A DNA stretch of 61,607 nt, filler included, from Hausera hauseri (lineage: Eukaryota): assembly GCA_046269625.1 (NCBI GenBank). It is 12 parts of 12 records of this genome, joined end to end, with 100 filler letters (N's around TTAATTAATTAA, not from the genome) between each part and the next. Parts side by side here need not be neighbours in the genome. Positions count along the whole stretch, not along the records: positions 36,904 to 40,984 come from JBJURY010773649.1; positions 41,085 to 46,367 come from JBJURY010290836.1; positions 46,468 to 51,030 come from JBJURY010526346.1; 9 more parts are not named here. The stretch is one strand, 5' to 3'. Both the position numbers and the translations under genes were made by a program. The notes under the pieces are model-generated. The model ran no database searches, was not told the origin of the DNA, and saw only the letters and a program-made list of their open reading frames with translations. Below are positions 36,904 to 50,133 of the stretch, one piece after another (the stretch's first letter is position 1; each line of letters opens with the position of its first letter).

Positions 36904-39900
36904 CATAAACAAGGGCCTTCCTTTCGTTTACGATTATAGTAACCGATATAGCGTTCTACGTCCGATTTCCATCTATTTATTTTGTATGCTTTTAAGAATT
37001 TTCCAAAAGTCGTTATGATTGCAGTCAGTATTTTACATGAAAATCCTGCCAATGTAAATATTTCATACAGATTATTATTACTGCTTGGATGACTGCCTTA
37101 ATCATTTGTATCAGAAAATATATTGCTAAAAATCCGGATGCGGCTTGACGAAAAATCAAAAATCTTCCCCAAATTTTGTAGAGTATTTCTGTGGTTACTC
37201 GTTGATAATGATTTACGCGCAGCAGGGATTCCCATTTAGACTGATACCGAGTACAGTCTACTACGGAGGCCATGGCTCGGTTTAATTCGTGTGTCCACTG
37301 TCGCAGAAAAGCGAGGAATTGTCTGAAGGCTTCGATTTCTTTAGGTCTATATATGCCTTTTGACGAGGTGCCTTGAAATTTATCGTCTGTAATTTCTTTT
37401 GCAAGATTTGTTTTTGTTAATTTATTTGGGGCGGCGGTAATGCCTCCATTTGGCAAACTAACCCAATCCGTTTCACGACATCTGAACATAGGTTCTCCTA
37501 AACTTGCTTTACAATCCTTAAGGATTGTCGGTTCAGTTGCGTTGTCTAATAGCATTCTAGTGAGTGGCATAGCTAACCTTGGAATATTCTGGTAAATAAC
37601 GGGAAGTTCCTGCATGCAGCGTTTTTCTTCAACGTTGATTGGTACATCTCCTTTCTCACATTCGTAGGTCAGCAGTACTTTACCGGCAACTCGACCGAAA
37701 ATTCCTTCTCTCATAGAAATTATTGGGGATGCCAACTCGGGATTAGCGTAAATAAGAGCTAGTTTTGTCCTCATAATTTCCATATCCAATTTGCAATCAT
37801 TTGTTATAATTTTGTAATATAACTCGGTTATTCCAACCTGCCCTTTGTAATAGAAATAATCGTCTGTATTTTTTCAGGTAATCCTCGATTCGGATATCTT
37901 GCGTTTCTAACTTGTAAGTCTTCGCACTTATTTCTGTCTCGGCGACGAAAAACGCCTCGTAGTTAGTAGCGAACATCACTATTTCACAACGAGAAATCAT
38001 TTCTTTCTTAATAATTTTTAGCCCATGCTGATCAGAGATTAATATAGTGGGCGTAGGATGTTCTGCTACATCTTCGCTTGTCCTTGAGTTGGTATAAGAT
38101 TTATCCGCATATCGCTTTCCAGTAGTTTTAATAAACTTTAATTCCTTAATTCTGATAAAATTACAGCTTCTTCCATAGGGAGGTTCCCATATTATAACCG
38201 AACTTCTGAAAGTACAGGTGCCGTCCTGTAAATGACATTTTTGATTCTGGGTTTATAGTTTAATGACACTATGGAACATTACTTTCTGTGCTCGAATCTC
38301 TCATTCATAGAAATCCACGACCACTACGTTTGCTTGTAATCCTTTTTCGGTGTCGTATTCCGCCCCGATACAATGTCCGTTATGCATACCTAACCTTCCG
38401 ACCACTACCTTATATGCCTGATTATCTTTCCTAGTTTCATTTTTAATTCCATACTGTCCTATTGTACCCTTCCGGTCTCCTTAGCCTGTTTGCAGTTCTG
38501 GCGTTCTAAATTTATTGGAATTGGAGGAGTTGTTGGTTTGATTATTGAAGAATGTCCATGTACTAATCCACAGTAAGAAACGCTACGAGATCGCCTCAGA
38601 AAACATTCCATTCCATCTAAGGTTATCAATTCTTGCTGTTGATACAGAAGATAATTTTTCTGTATTGTTTCTAACTTGTGCGGCCTGGAATCTTCGCACA
38701 CTTCCAAATCAATTAGGGAATATCTCTGACCTAGTTTAAACTTTTCGCAGTCGTAGACAGTAATAGCGTTTATGCGCTTTATTTGCATCATCAAGGGGAG
38801 TAAGTTGATTAGCCAATTTGATTCGTTTTCCTTGTTATTATTATCGGTTGTTACCAAATTACGTAACATATCCTCGAATCTATTACTATTACCCAACCGT
38901 TTTTCTTCTTCCTTGTCGAATAGTATTAACCAATTTACTTCGCAGGGCAGCTTTCTCGCCGCTCTTCGTGCTAAGCTTGTAGCTCTATTAATTTCATTTT
39001 CTCGATTAAGATTTACTTTGATAGCTAAGTATAATAATACCTTTCTTAATTCTTCGGTGGTGTTTTTTACCATGATCTTTTCGACTACCGATTCGTCGGT
39101 TAAGTTAGTTTTCAATATTTTGAAACGTAAACTTTTCATCATTCTAGCTGCATTGAATATTGTTTTTTCTTTATCATCTAATGTGTCATCACGAAGGCTT
39201 GAATAATTTACAATACGTATTAAATTCTTCATTAATTTGTTTAATTATTCATTGTCTGTGCTGAAAGTAGGAATCGACATTTGTCTCAATTCTCTAATCA
39301 ATTCTCCATTATAGTCAACTTCTCGTGTCTTCTTAGGCCTTTCGACCGGACGTTTTTGTCTTGGGACATTGGCATTCACTCAGCGGCACTAATTTCTTAC
39401 CGTATTGTTCCTTGTCCTCATCCGTTTGTAAATACTTGAAATATATTGCAGCATCTCGCACTCCTATGATTTGTCCTACGCATTGTTCTGTCTTGGCCTT
39501 ACGCGTGGCTCCTTCTTTTGTCTGTTCATTGGCTATTATTACTACTATTCGATTTGTTTCGTCGGGGATAATCCCTACATCTATTAATTGTTCTAAATCG
39601 TCGAGTATCCTACCTCTAAAGTAAAACCTATATTTTAGCTCATTTCTTCCGCCATTATTTAATAACCATTCTCTTACGTCCCTTACATAGGAATGTGTAG
39701 TTAACTCACATTTTTTTTCGTCTATCCACTCGGATGATACCATGACTTTCATCGTTACCTCAGGTTTGGTCCTCAACATTTTAGCCTATTTCCTTATCAG
39801 AAGTTTCGGCATCGTACTATAAATTGTATTTTCACTAGATAATTTAGTTAAGGTCGGAATAAGTTGTCTTAACTTACCTTCAGTAATATTTACGTTAATT

Positions 39901-40984
39901 AGTTCAATTAAATCTTTTTCAGTTATCGCTGAATCTAGGAGCATCTGCACATTGAATCTCTTGTTCTGGGCACGCGTTTTTATTTCATTTAGTTGTACTG
40001 GAGTCGCAGGATTTTCGGCCGTTATCGCATCTAAGTACGCATCCCATTCTGGTTCATTTCCAACATCTGGAAGTCCATAGTCTACTAAGGCTGTATTCGT
40101 TCACTGCACATTTTTTCGAATTTCCTTCAATCTTGGTTGTATTTCTTTCATCTGCGTAGTTCAGAAACTTATTCCGTTTTCGCATGCATACTAAATCATT
40201 TTCAGTAATTCGCCTAATTCATTATAATTGATGAATCCCTTTTGGTGATAATCAGTTAGTTCGATAATTACATTTCTTTGCCATATCTGTACAAATTCTC
40301 GCTTATTTTTGATTTCTGATTCGGTAAAAGCATATTTGTTCCGGTAGGTTCCGAGCTCTTTTACTAATTCATCTAACCTCGTTGCTCTTTGTTTAGTTTT
40401 AATGCACGTTTCTTCTACCTGTCTTATTTTAGGTATCAATTGCCTCATCTTCTCATCATTAATTTCCGCCATTTCTACTAATAGAAGGCTAACGCATACG
40501 TCTCATTTATGACTTTTGAGTCGGGATCTATCGCATCAAGCAATTTCTTTACGAACTTAGATTCTACGAGGCTAAGATGTTGGTTGTCTCTTATTTTTGT
40601 CAATTCCGTATGGCAATTCTGATCTGTTCCGGCCATCCACTCTTGTGGTTTATGCAAGAATTTCATTGTTTCCACTAGGGTTTCGATATCCTGGATTGAA
40701 ATCTCGTTGATAGGTCTATCTGTTAAATGTTGGACCCCTTATAGTCGGATGTTTCTTAATCTTAGATAAAAATTGCAAGTCATATTTCGATTTTTTGTAA
40801 AGTTTGTCTGTTCGATCATTTTATAAGTCTCTTCCAATATTATTACATCTTGTTTCTTCTTCATAAATTTTAGCTGTCGTAGTGCTTCGAATGGAGTTCG
40901 GATATCTATTTTCGCTTTTATCGTATCTAAATTACGTGCACTTTCTTCTAATTGCCTTTTTATAGATGGTTCCTTTCTGGAAAT
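36904..40984 (-). mobile_element. Env-bearing retroelement, diverged copy 2 (leader, UBL, glycoprotein, TM, tail)
   Basis: Collinear peptide matches to 14100-18200, e.g. IRIVNYSSL, EELRKVLLYLAIK, TVYDC, CGLVHGHSS, TKLALIYANPELASPII and AASGFLAIYF. Confidence 0.9.
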
Positions 40985-41394
40985 NNNNNNNNNNNNNNNN
41001 NNNNNNNNNNNNNNNNNNNNNNNNNNNNTTAATTAATTAANNNNNNNNNNNNNNNNNNNNNNNNNNNNNNNNNNNNNNNNNNNNTCTACTGATAAGACCA
41101 AGTTACATCTGCAGGCTGTGAGCATCCTACTGTTTTTTCTTTTACTGTGATGATCAATCATGGATATAGTTCTACTTGAGACAGGAATGAGGCTGTCCTT
41201 TGCAGGTTGTCAGGACTCTCTAATAAATGTCTGAAGAACTCGTGTTTGTGGATCATGCTTTTTTGGTCGAGATCTAGCAGCTTATGACAGTTCTGCAATA
41301 TGTGGAATCAAGAACAATTATTGGTGACACACACACACACAAACAATGGGTTGCTAGCAATGCCCTGCAGCAGAAAATAATTGTGCCCATTTAT

Positions 41395-41625
41395 ACCTAA
41401 AGGCCTAAAGGGAATGTGAAGTTGGCGTCCTAATTTTTCAAATGGTTATCATTATGCTAGGCTGCCTTTCCTTCCCAGAGAATTTCTTGGTAACCAATTG
41501 TTGAAGCTGGGTGGACCTCTAAGCCATTTGAAAGAACTGAACCCACCACTGCTGGGAGCTGAACAGTATAACATTGCCATGTGACTGGCAAGTGAGTCCA
41601 ATAACCACTACACTACCGTGGCTCC
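41395..41625 (-). mobile_element. tRNA-derived SINE (degenerate)
   Basis: Minus strand begins GGAGCCACGGTAGTGTAGTGGTT (A-box-like), then a degenerate B-box GTTCAGCTCC and a core-like CCACCCAGC...GGTTACC. Confidence 0.5.
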
Positions 41626-42207
41626 ATGATCTGCACTACTGTGTGACATGTGACTGATTTGGTTCAAAACAACAGACTTGCAGAAAAGGATTCACATAGA
41701 CGGACAGATTATTTCTGATGTATTTTCTTATCAGACTTTACAATTGTTGATACTAAATCAAATTCCTTTACGTACATGTTGAACGTGTTCTGAGCATCTT
41801 TGCTGTTTGTTTTTTGGTTCTAGCTTTCAACTAAATAAATTAGGATTTTAAAATCTGTTTTAATTTTTGAAAAGGAACGGAAAAAACTAACAAAGAAACA
41901 AAGGAATTTAAAAGTCAGTTTTTTGATACCGTAAAATGTAGAAATGAATTATTATCTATTCAGCAGGATTTAAAAGATGAAATGGCCTTTAACGCTTTAC
42001 TGCGTAAACATAATACAAAAGTTTTTTATTATATTTCTTTATTGATATTTATTGATATTTATCCGTTAGAAAATGTATATGAAGCATTTATTGCCACGAT
42101 GAATGAAATTGGTGTTCTTCAGTTGTTGGGATATTTTAATACAACCGAAAATCATCCGGATGAAAAATCAGCTATGACGTACGTTCAGAATGCGTTCAGT
42201 GGATTAT

Positions 42208-45200
42208 GGGAAGAAAAATTAGTATCCATGAATGGAATTATCGATGTTTGGCTCAAAGTTCAAGCAACATGGCTATATCTGGAACCTATTTTTAGTTCGG
42301 AAGATATTTTGGCTCAAATGCCCGAAGAAGGCAGAAAATTTGACATTGTTGACGTGAACTGGAAAGAGATAATGTCTGAAACCCTTAAAAATTCTAGTTG
42401 TTTAGCAGCTACTGGTCAACGAGACATGTTGAAAAGGCTTACTGAATCTCACAATCTTCTTGAAGAAATTCAAAAGGGTCTAAATGACTATTTGGAGAAG
42501 AAGCGATTGTATTTCCCTCGATTTTTCTTCTTGTCAAATGACGAATTACTGGAAATTTTATCAGAAACTAAAGATCCACAAAGAGTACAACCTCATTTGA
42601 AGAAATGTTTCGAAGGCATTCATCGTCTCGAATTTACTGAACAGATGGAGATTATTGGTATGATTTCTGCTGAATCAGAAACTGTCACGTTTGTCACTAA
42701 AATTTATCCAGCAAAGGCAAAAGGCATGGTCGAGAAATGGCTTTTGCAAGTGGAAAACGTAATGATCAACAGTGTGAAAAAAGTTATTAACGATAGCTGT
42801 GAAAACTATAAGGTATCAAATCGCAATAGATGGGTTCTTGATTGGCCCGGTCAGGTATGTGTTTCTAAATGTAGTAATATTAGAGTAATCCATACAATAA
42901 AGATGAACTAATAAAATCATGGTTTTCAGTAAGTGGACGTTCTTTCGGTGCAGCATTTCCAAATGTAGCCTTTTCATACCTCTTGTTGCTATGTGGCAAC
43001 ACAATGAATAGTAAACAGTGCTAAAGTGAGTGACAACAGACGGTGGTGCTTGTTTATCTGATCACTAACTCTATGGATATGATATTGTTTCTTGCGTATC
43101 TCTTGCTATAGTGACCGCGAACGAGCAATCTAGGAAACAAAAGCCACGACAGAAAAGAACTTTATAACCTGTATTTTTGTTAGAGATTCGGATAGACAAT
43201 GTTAGACATCTACAGTATCACAAGAATGACACGCGGCACTGACAACATAAGTTAAAACTTCAGATTTTTTACTTTAACAACCTCTATGAATATTAGTTTG
43301 TTTAGAAAACATATGTTCTTAAGAAGTGTTTTGCTGTTCTCTCTTCGATATCTGTTTTTGTAAGTACTAATGAAATGTTACATGTTCAATTGATTGTTAT
43401 ATCCCCGAGTATTATGCTACTCGTCGCAATATTATGTTGCATTATCTTAACTGATTATCAGCCACTGACAAGTTTACTTGTCAACCAAATGCAATAGTTC
43501 TGCGCCAGTGACGAGTATTGTTTTTATGCTATCTCAGAAATTTTCACATTGTACTTCGTTTATTGGTGTCTGGAGTTGCTGTAAATATGAAATACCCAAC
43601 TTGCCTAAATTTTTAATTAATTTTGCGGTTTTCGTTGGCGTCTGGGTAATTTTTCTGGTGACGGTCAATGCATTAAAGAACATTTTTGCTGTTAAATCAT
43701 TCGCGTTATTTGTGTGCATATACCTATTAAATTTGCATTATTGAGATATTTTTTTCATATGTAAAAAGCGTAGTTTACCAACGTAAGGTTGTATATGCAT
43801 ACTTTGAAATTTCAGGGTTTTTTAAGACTGTGTAGTTCCAATAATTTATTTTTGTGCTTACAGTTCGTGAATGTGTAAAATGATTGTGAGTGTGCATTCG
43901 TGTAATAATGTTATGCATTTGTAGATGTGTAATAATGTCTAATTAAATTTCAATATTACATATACACAAAAACATGGCCTTCGTTGCTATGCAAATTTCA
44001 AATATGAAAAATATGTAAATTTGCGTTACTAAGTCTTCAAAAATACACCTTGTATTGGTCATGTTTACTAGGTATATGAACTAAACTTTTTTTTTTCTTT
44101 TAATATCCAAAAACTGCATTGATTTTTGTCCAAAACATTGTTTTTTTCTTTCATCGGAGCAAAAATTGAGTTATTCAAAGAAATTAATAGTCAAATGTTC
44201 CACGCATTGAACATATTATTTTACTAATAACTGTATATAACTGTCCTACAACTAATGGAATTTAGATTGTTATTTGTGTGTCGTGCATTATGTGGACTAA
44301 GGAGGTAACTGAAGCAATTTCTACGCCAAGCGGTCTTTCCGAATATCTCCAAATTTGCAACACTCAAATCGAAGATATCGTAAAACTTGTAAGAGGTAAT
44401 TTAGCAAGTGGAGAACGTATAACGTTGGGAGCTCTGACTGTAATAGACGTCCATGCAAGAGACGTTGTAGCGCAAATGGAAAAACTTAAAGTCTCTTCTG
44501 TTAATGATTTTGAATGGTTGAGCCAGTTACGATACTATGACAGAGGTGGTGACGTAATTGTATGTCAAGTAACAACAGAACTTCCATATGGTTGTGAATA
44601 TTTGGGAAATACCCCTCGACTAGTTATTACACCATTAACTGATCGATGTTATAGAACTTTGATGAGTGCTTTAAAACTCAATCTTGGTGGTGCCCCAGAA
44701 GGTCCATCCGGTACAGGGAAAACGGAAACATGCAAAGATTTAGCAAAGGCTATTGCCAAACAATGTGTTGTATTTAATTGTTCGGATGGATTGGATTATA
44801 AAGCCATGGGGAAATTTTTCAAAGGTTTAGCCCAAGCCGGTGCGTGGGCATGTTTTGATGAATTCAATCGTATTGAACTCGAAGTATTGTCTGTTGTTGC
44901 ACAGCAGATTCAGAGCATTCAAATTGCCATTGCTCAAGGTCTGAAAAGATTTGTGTTTGAGGGTACTGAACTCAGTTTGAATCCAACATGCACTATATTT
45001 ATCACCATGAATCCGGGTTACGCCGGTCGACAGGAGTTGCCAGATAATTTAAAGGTTTTATTCAGGAGTGTAGCTATGATGGTTCCAGATTATGCTCTTA
45101 TCGGAGAAATTTCTCTATATTCAATGGGATTTGTTGACGCTCGGACCTTGGCCAGCAAGATCGTTGCCACATACCGGTTATGTTCAGAACAGTTATCTTC

Positions 45201-45369
45201 ACAACACCATTACTACTACGGTATGCGAGCAGTAAAGAGCGTTCTTACTGCTGCTGGAAATCTTCGTCAGAAGTATCCGGAAACCGACAACGAAGCAGTA
45301 TTACTTCTAAAAGCCATTAACGACGTTAATTTACCAAAATTTTTATCACAAGACATTCTGCTATTTGAA
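42208..45369 (+). CDS. Axonemal inner-arm dynein heavy chain fragment (DNAH3/7/12-like linker + AAA1), two exons (to 42854; from 44266)
   Basis: [64 protein letters not shown], Walker A GPSGTGKT and Walker B CFDEFNR. Phase-0 GT-AG intron 42855-44265 joins WPGQ to IVICVS. Confidence 0.93.
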
Positions 45370-46367
45370 GAAATCGATTACCCATATGACCGATTTAACT
45401 TGGCTTTTAAAACGGACTACAACATAACATCGGGGTGTGTGTTAAACTTCGATGATCATATTCAGTTTGTTGTGTCTTCCAATGACGGAAGACTCGGCCT
45501 GCTTTTCAGTGAAATGGAATATGTCATTCATAATGAAGCTTTGAAGGATTTAGAATATTCAGTGCATCCAATATTTGGTTACTTAACATTATCACCAGCG
45601 TATATTGGTACAGCATTTAGCATTAGAATTTTGGGTAAGTTTCCTTTTATTAGTCGATTGGTGGATGTTAATAGTTTAATTAAAGATACCGATGTGATTG
45701 TGACGAAGGAAGTTAAAAATGATAACACCGGATTGATATTCATTACTAATAGAGAGACACTGAATAAAACCGGGATCGAAATATTTCAGGATATTTTAAA
45801 AGCTTATAACAGGTTATCTATAATCGAAGACGAATTTGAGATAACAACGCCGCTATCAGTTCAAGAAGACAATATGGGTGTGGAGAAACTTGCAAGGATA
45901 TACGATAAAATTGTTGAAACACTGTCAAAATCATATATGAAAAAGTATTTGACTCCAACTGTGATGAACCAATACCGATATGTTAGATCATATTTTGGAG
46001 CGACTTTGATGCACTGTATTAGACACAATGCCAGTCATCCGGAATCCTTGTTTCCAAGAGCATGTGATGCTGATTGCTACACAAAATTTCCCAATTTCTT
46101 TAATCCAATTTTAATGGAGTTAAACTGTATAAAGCATATTAATCATCACAAGGCGCCGTTCTATGGTAATATTTCTGGTGACAAACGGTACCAACTTCGT
46201 CATCCGGATATCGTTAGTTATCGGGTTCGATTTTCAAGGAATTTTGAAAAATATCCTTTTCCAAATAGGATGTCAGTTGAAGGAGAGAATGAGGGTGTTC
46301 CAATGAAACCCGAAGATTTGAAATATTTTCATGAATTGTTTGAAGAGAAAGATGCGAGTCTTTTAAC
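45370..46367 (+). CDS. Tandem phosphagen (arginine/taurocyamine) kinase-like domains, in frame with the dynein fragment
   Basis: NFDDH (cf. NEEDH) and [13 protein letters not shown] (cf. GFLTFCPTNLGT), then a second domain [39 protein letters not shown]. Confidence 0.8.
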
Positions 46368-47431
46368 NNNNNNNNNNNNNNNNNNNNNNNNNNNNNNNNN
46401 NNNNNNNNNNNTTAATTAATTAANNNNNNNNNNNNNNNNNNNNNNNNNNNNNNNNNNNNNNNNNNNNGCAAAATTCAATAATTTCGGAATTTCGAAGAAC
46501 CATCAGACGGTAAATAAACAATCGTCATCTAAACAAACCAACCATTATTACTCTTAAATTCTTATTAAGAAATTCATACCATAATTATTACGAAATTTTC
46601 TGCAAAATTCAGGCAGTTTCTCCGATAATCCTAGTGGTGATTTCAGGTATCACTACTTATTGAATAATTATTATTAATACTGCTTGAATCAGTGAACACT
46701 GCTCGATTGGCCATTGTACAAGAGTTTACACAACTTCACCGGATATTCAGAACCGAGACGTCAACGATTTCTGCCATCAAACGATAACAATTAAATATTT
46801 AACAACTGACTATCAAGTGGAAACGAAGTATCAATAACCGTCTTAGAAATCATTTGACAAATCAGCAAAATTGAGAACATTAACAACCTAATTGAATACG
46901 GAGACGCTATGAACCAAGCTAATACTACAAACGATGTTATGAATAATGAGGCCACAGCTGGTAACTAATTATATTCGTATTATTATATAATCACGATTAT
47001 TGATGTTCCGAATTGAAGTGTAATTAAAGTTCACCTAATATGTCGATGATTATTCTGCAGAAACCTGTGATAACAACAAATTTTACAACTACAAAATTTG
47101 AATAGTTTGTGTATTATGCGATTGATGCGAGATGTGATTGTTACGAGATCCAGCAATTCGCGAGGCTCTATCGGACCGTCATCGAACCTGCGAATAGAAT
47201 GATACTCGAAAAAAAACGAATAATTGTGACATACGTGCGGTACATTTCATTCACAGTAACATTTTAATACTTTTTGGAGGGTGTATAATAAATAAGTTCN
47301 NNNNNNNNNAGTAAACACCTGCCTCATTTATACGAGTTAGTAAATATCTGATAATGTGGGACAGACTCTGTGTGTGTGTGACATAAAATGTAGTTTTGAT
47401 AATTGAAGTCAACATATGAAAAATTGACATT

Positions 47432-50133
47432 TCACTTGTCTGCAAATGTTCAATAAAATGACAGAGGACAGGAGATATCAGAAATAGAAATACTCGATTA
47501 CCTGCAGCTGAAACATTTGTATCAGATGACACATTTCGTGGTCGTAGAAAAAGTGACCTATTCGACACAGTTCTCTCTTCATCACAAAATTGTTCGTCAT
47601 CCATAAATGGTACATCATAAACTGCCAAATTAGACAAACTATGTTCAACCTTTGTTGGCGTAACCGAATCCGGAAACATGTAGTCGTCATTAACGATCAA
47701 ACTCTTTCCATCTGTGGGAAATTCCGGCTTTTTAATAGCCTTATTGTCTTTAGTTTCATCGAATTTATTCCGATCCGAGATTTTAATTGATAGCTCTTTA
47801 TTCGGTCTGGTTTTTTCGGCTTTTTTCTCCACTGTTTTTTTCTCAGATTTCGGTTTTGTTTGAACGTCATCAGATATTGACTTTTCAACTTTTTTGATCG
47901 GTTCAGATGGTTTTAGTTTTTCATCAGTTATCCCAATTGAGCTGTTCTCGATGATGATCGAAACTGGCGGAATTTCCGGTGAAGATTCCGCCGATTTTAC
48001 TTCACTTTTAACAGTAATCGATTCAATTGGGGTTTCTTTAGAGATGACCTCAAATTGTTCGACAATTCGCGAAACTCGAGGTTGATCGTCCATTTCCAAA
48101 TTGGGTTTCGTTGGTGAAACGGCATTGTTTTCTTCCAACTGACCCGTTTCCCATTTTTGAATTATTGCAGAAACCCGAGGACTTGATGCTTTGTTGTTTT
48201 CAACGTCTAAATCGATTTTTCCAGTCGGAACAACAGTGGTCGTCTCCGATACACCGAATTGCAACTTTTGAACGATATCATGAACTTTCGGACTGGTATC
48301 TGTTGGTTGGATAAACTCGTCCGATGTTTTCGTTGGATAGGGTTTTGATGATTCGGCTGAATTTTTTTCGAGCATCTGAATAATATCTGATACTTTTGGA
48401 ACGGGGTTCGTTTCGGTTGTTTCTAGAATATTTTCATCATTTTGAGATAACTTATATTCGATTGGAGTGGCTTTATTTAATGTTGCAGTGTGCAAATCCA
48501 ATTCAGGATGCTCAGAAGTAACTGCTGTGTCAGAATCTATGATGTCATTTTGATCGACAGTTCCTTCATAGAAAGATTCTTGGACAATAGTTGGAAGCAT
48601 GTGGATTTTATAATCATTCATCAAATGCTGTTCATCATGTTCCACAATCTGACTTACACTTTCAGTAGCTGGAATTTGATCAACGATTTCTTCTATTAAT
48701 TCTTCAAGAACTCGAGGTTCACTCATCCGCACAATGCTAGATTCATCGACCTTTGTTATATCGGATTGGAACTCAGTTGGAATTTCGACTTCTTTGTTGT
48801 CAATTTCACCATCTTTGATTAATTTCTGTTTTGAAGATCCTTTGAGTTCTCGTTTTCGAACTTTATCGAGTTCACTTTTTACACCGAATATCGATTGTAT
48901 CTTCGTGAGTAAGACGGCTTTCCTTTGTTTTTTGTCTTTCGGTACTTTCTTGGTTTGTATATTAGAATTGTCGTTCAGATCTTCAATGACATCTTCAGTT
49001 GATTCTAGCACTTCGTCTGCTCTTTCACATTTTTTTACGAAAGGTGTTGGTGGCTCTACTTCATTGCTTGTAACGTCTTCCAAATTCGTATGATCCCGTA
49101 TTTCCGGTACTGAAGAATCGTCCTCTACTTCCTTTACTAATTCCTCATTTGCAATTTCTTCCAATTCTGGATGACCTATAACTTCCGGTGCTGCAGTATC
49201 GTCATCTATTTTCTTTACTTCTTCCAGTTGCATATGATCAACTATTTCCGGCACCGAATGTTCTTTTACTTCATCAGTCAAATCTCTATCCGATGGAACT
49301 TCTTCTATAGGAGTAGCATCATATTCAGCCTTGTCGATTTGTGGAATAGTCAAATTCAATTCATTTGGTAGATTGTGATTAATAAATTCATTATCATCTG
49401 CTGGTTTAATATCATCAATCGATTTCGCAATGATTTTATTTTCTTCCACGTTTTCATTTTCAGTCTCATCACCATCGTCAATGTTTCGTTCTGATTCATC
49501 GCTTTCAATTTTTTCACCTTCTGCCAGAGAATCAATCAAAGAAACCTCAGCTTCCTCATGGTACTCCGTAATTGGTTCCAATGACATAAAAGCATGATCT
49601 GAAATAAACGGTGGTGTGTCATTTTCCACCAAATTCTGATGTTCATAATGGGACTTTATTAGACTCTCATCCATGGCAAACAACTCCGTTTGCGTTGTTG
49701 TATACGTGCTGTGCGGACTATTCCAATCCATATTAACAACAAATACCTCATTTTGCTGCACAGGCTCCGTTTGAATTTTCCTGGAACCCATAACATCTTC
49801 CGACCTGGGAAAAAATATCAGTCGATATACTTTAAACAAAACTCCCTACATTTTCACGTCAAATGTTTCCGTATCACCAACGACTATTTGGAACTCGAAT
49901 GTTTCATTCGGCACAACATTGGTACAGAACAACCATTGGCTCTTAGAAAATACGGCAACGTTTTCAGATGATGGAAAGAATCCGGTTCTTTCACTCAGAA
50001 CAAATATTGCCAAAGAAGCTTCCATGAAATCTTCTATTTGCGGACCGAAATATTCGTTAACATTCTTAAATAGTTCCTTAGGAATGTTCGTCGTACTGAC
50101 TAAAAACGCGATTGAAATAAACTCGTCAGCCAT
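47432..50133 (-). CDS. Acidic low-complexity protein with repeated P-[KR]-V-S-x-I-[IV]-[QE] motifs; short introns
   Basis: An exon from ATG 50133 joins the 862-aa ORF via a 45-nt GT-AG intron (49849-49805) in frame. A probable 62-nt intron (47501-47440) is followed by a stop. Confidence 0.6.

Noticed and set aside
42855-44265. Small ORFs between the two dynein ORFs
   Set aside because: They lie inside a clean GT-AG intron and show no recognisable homology
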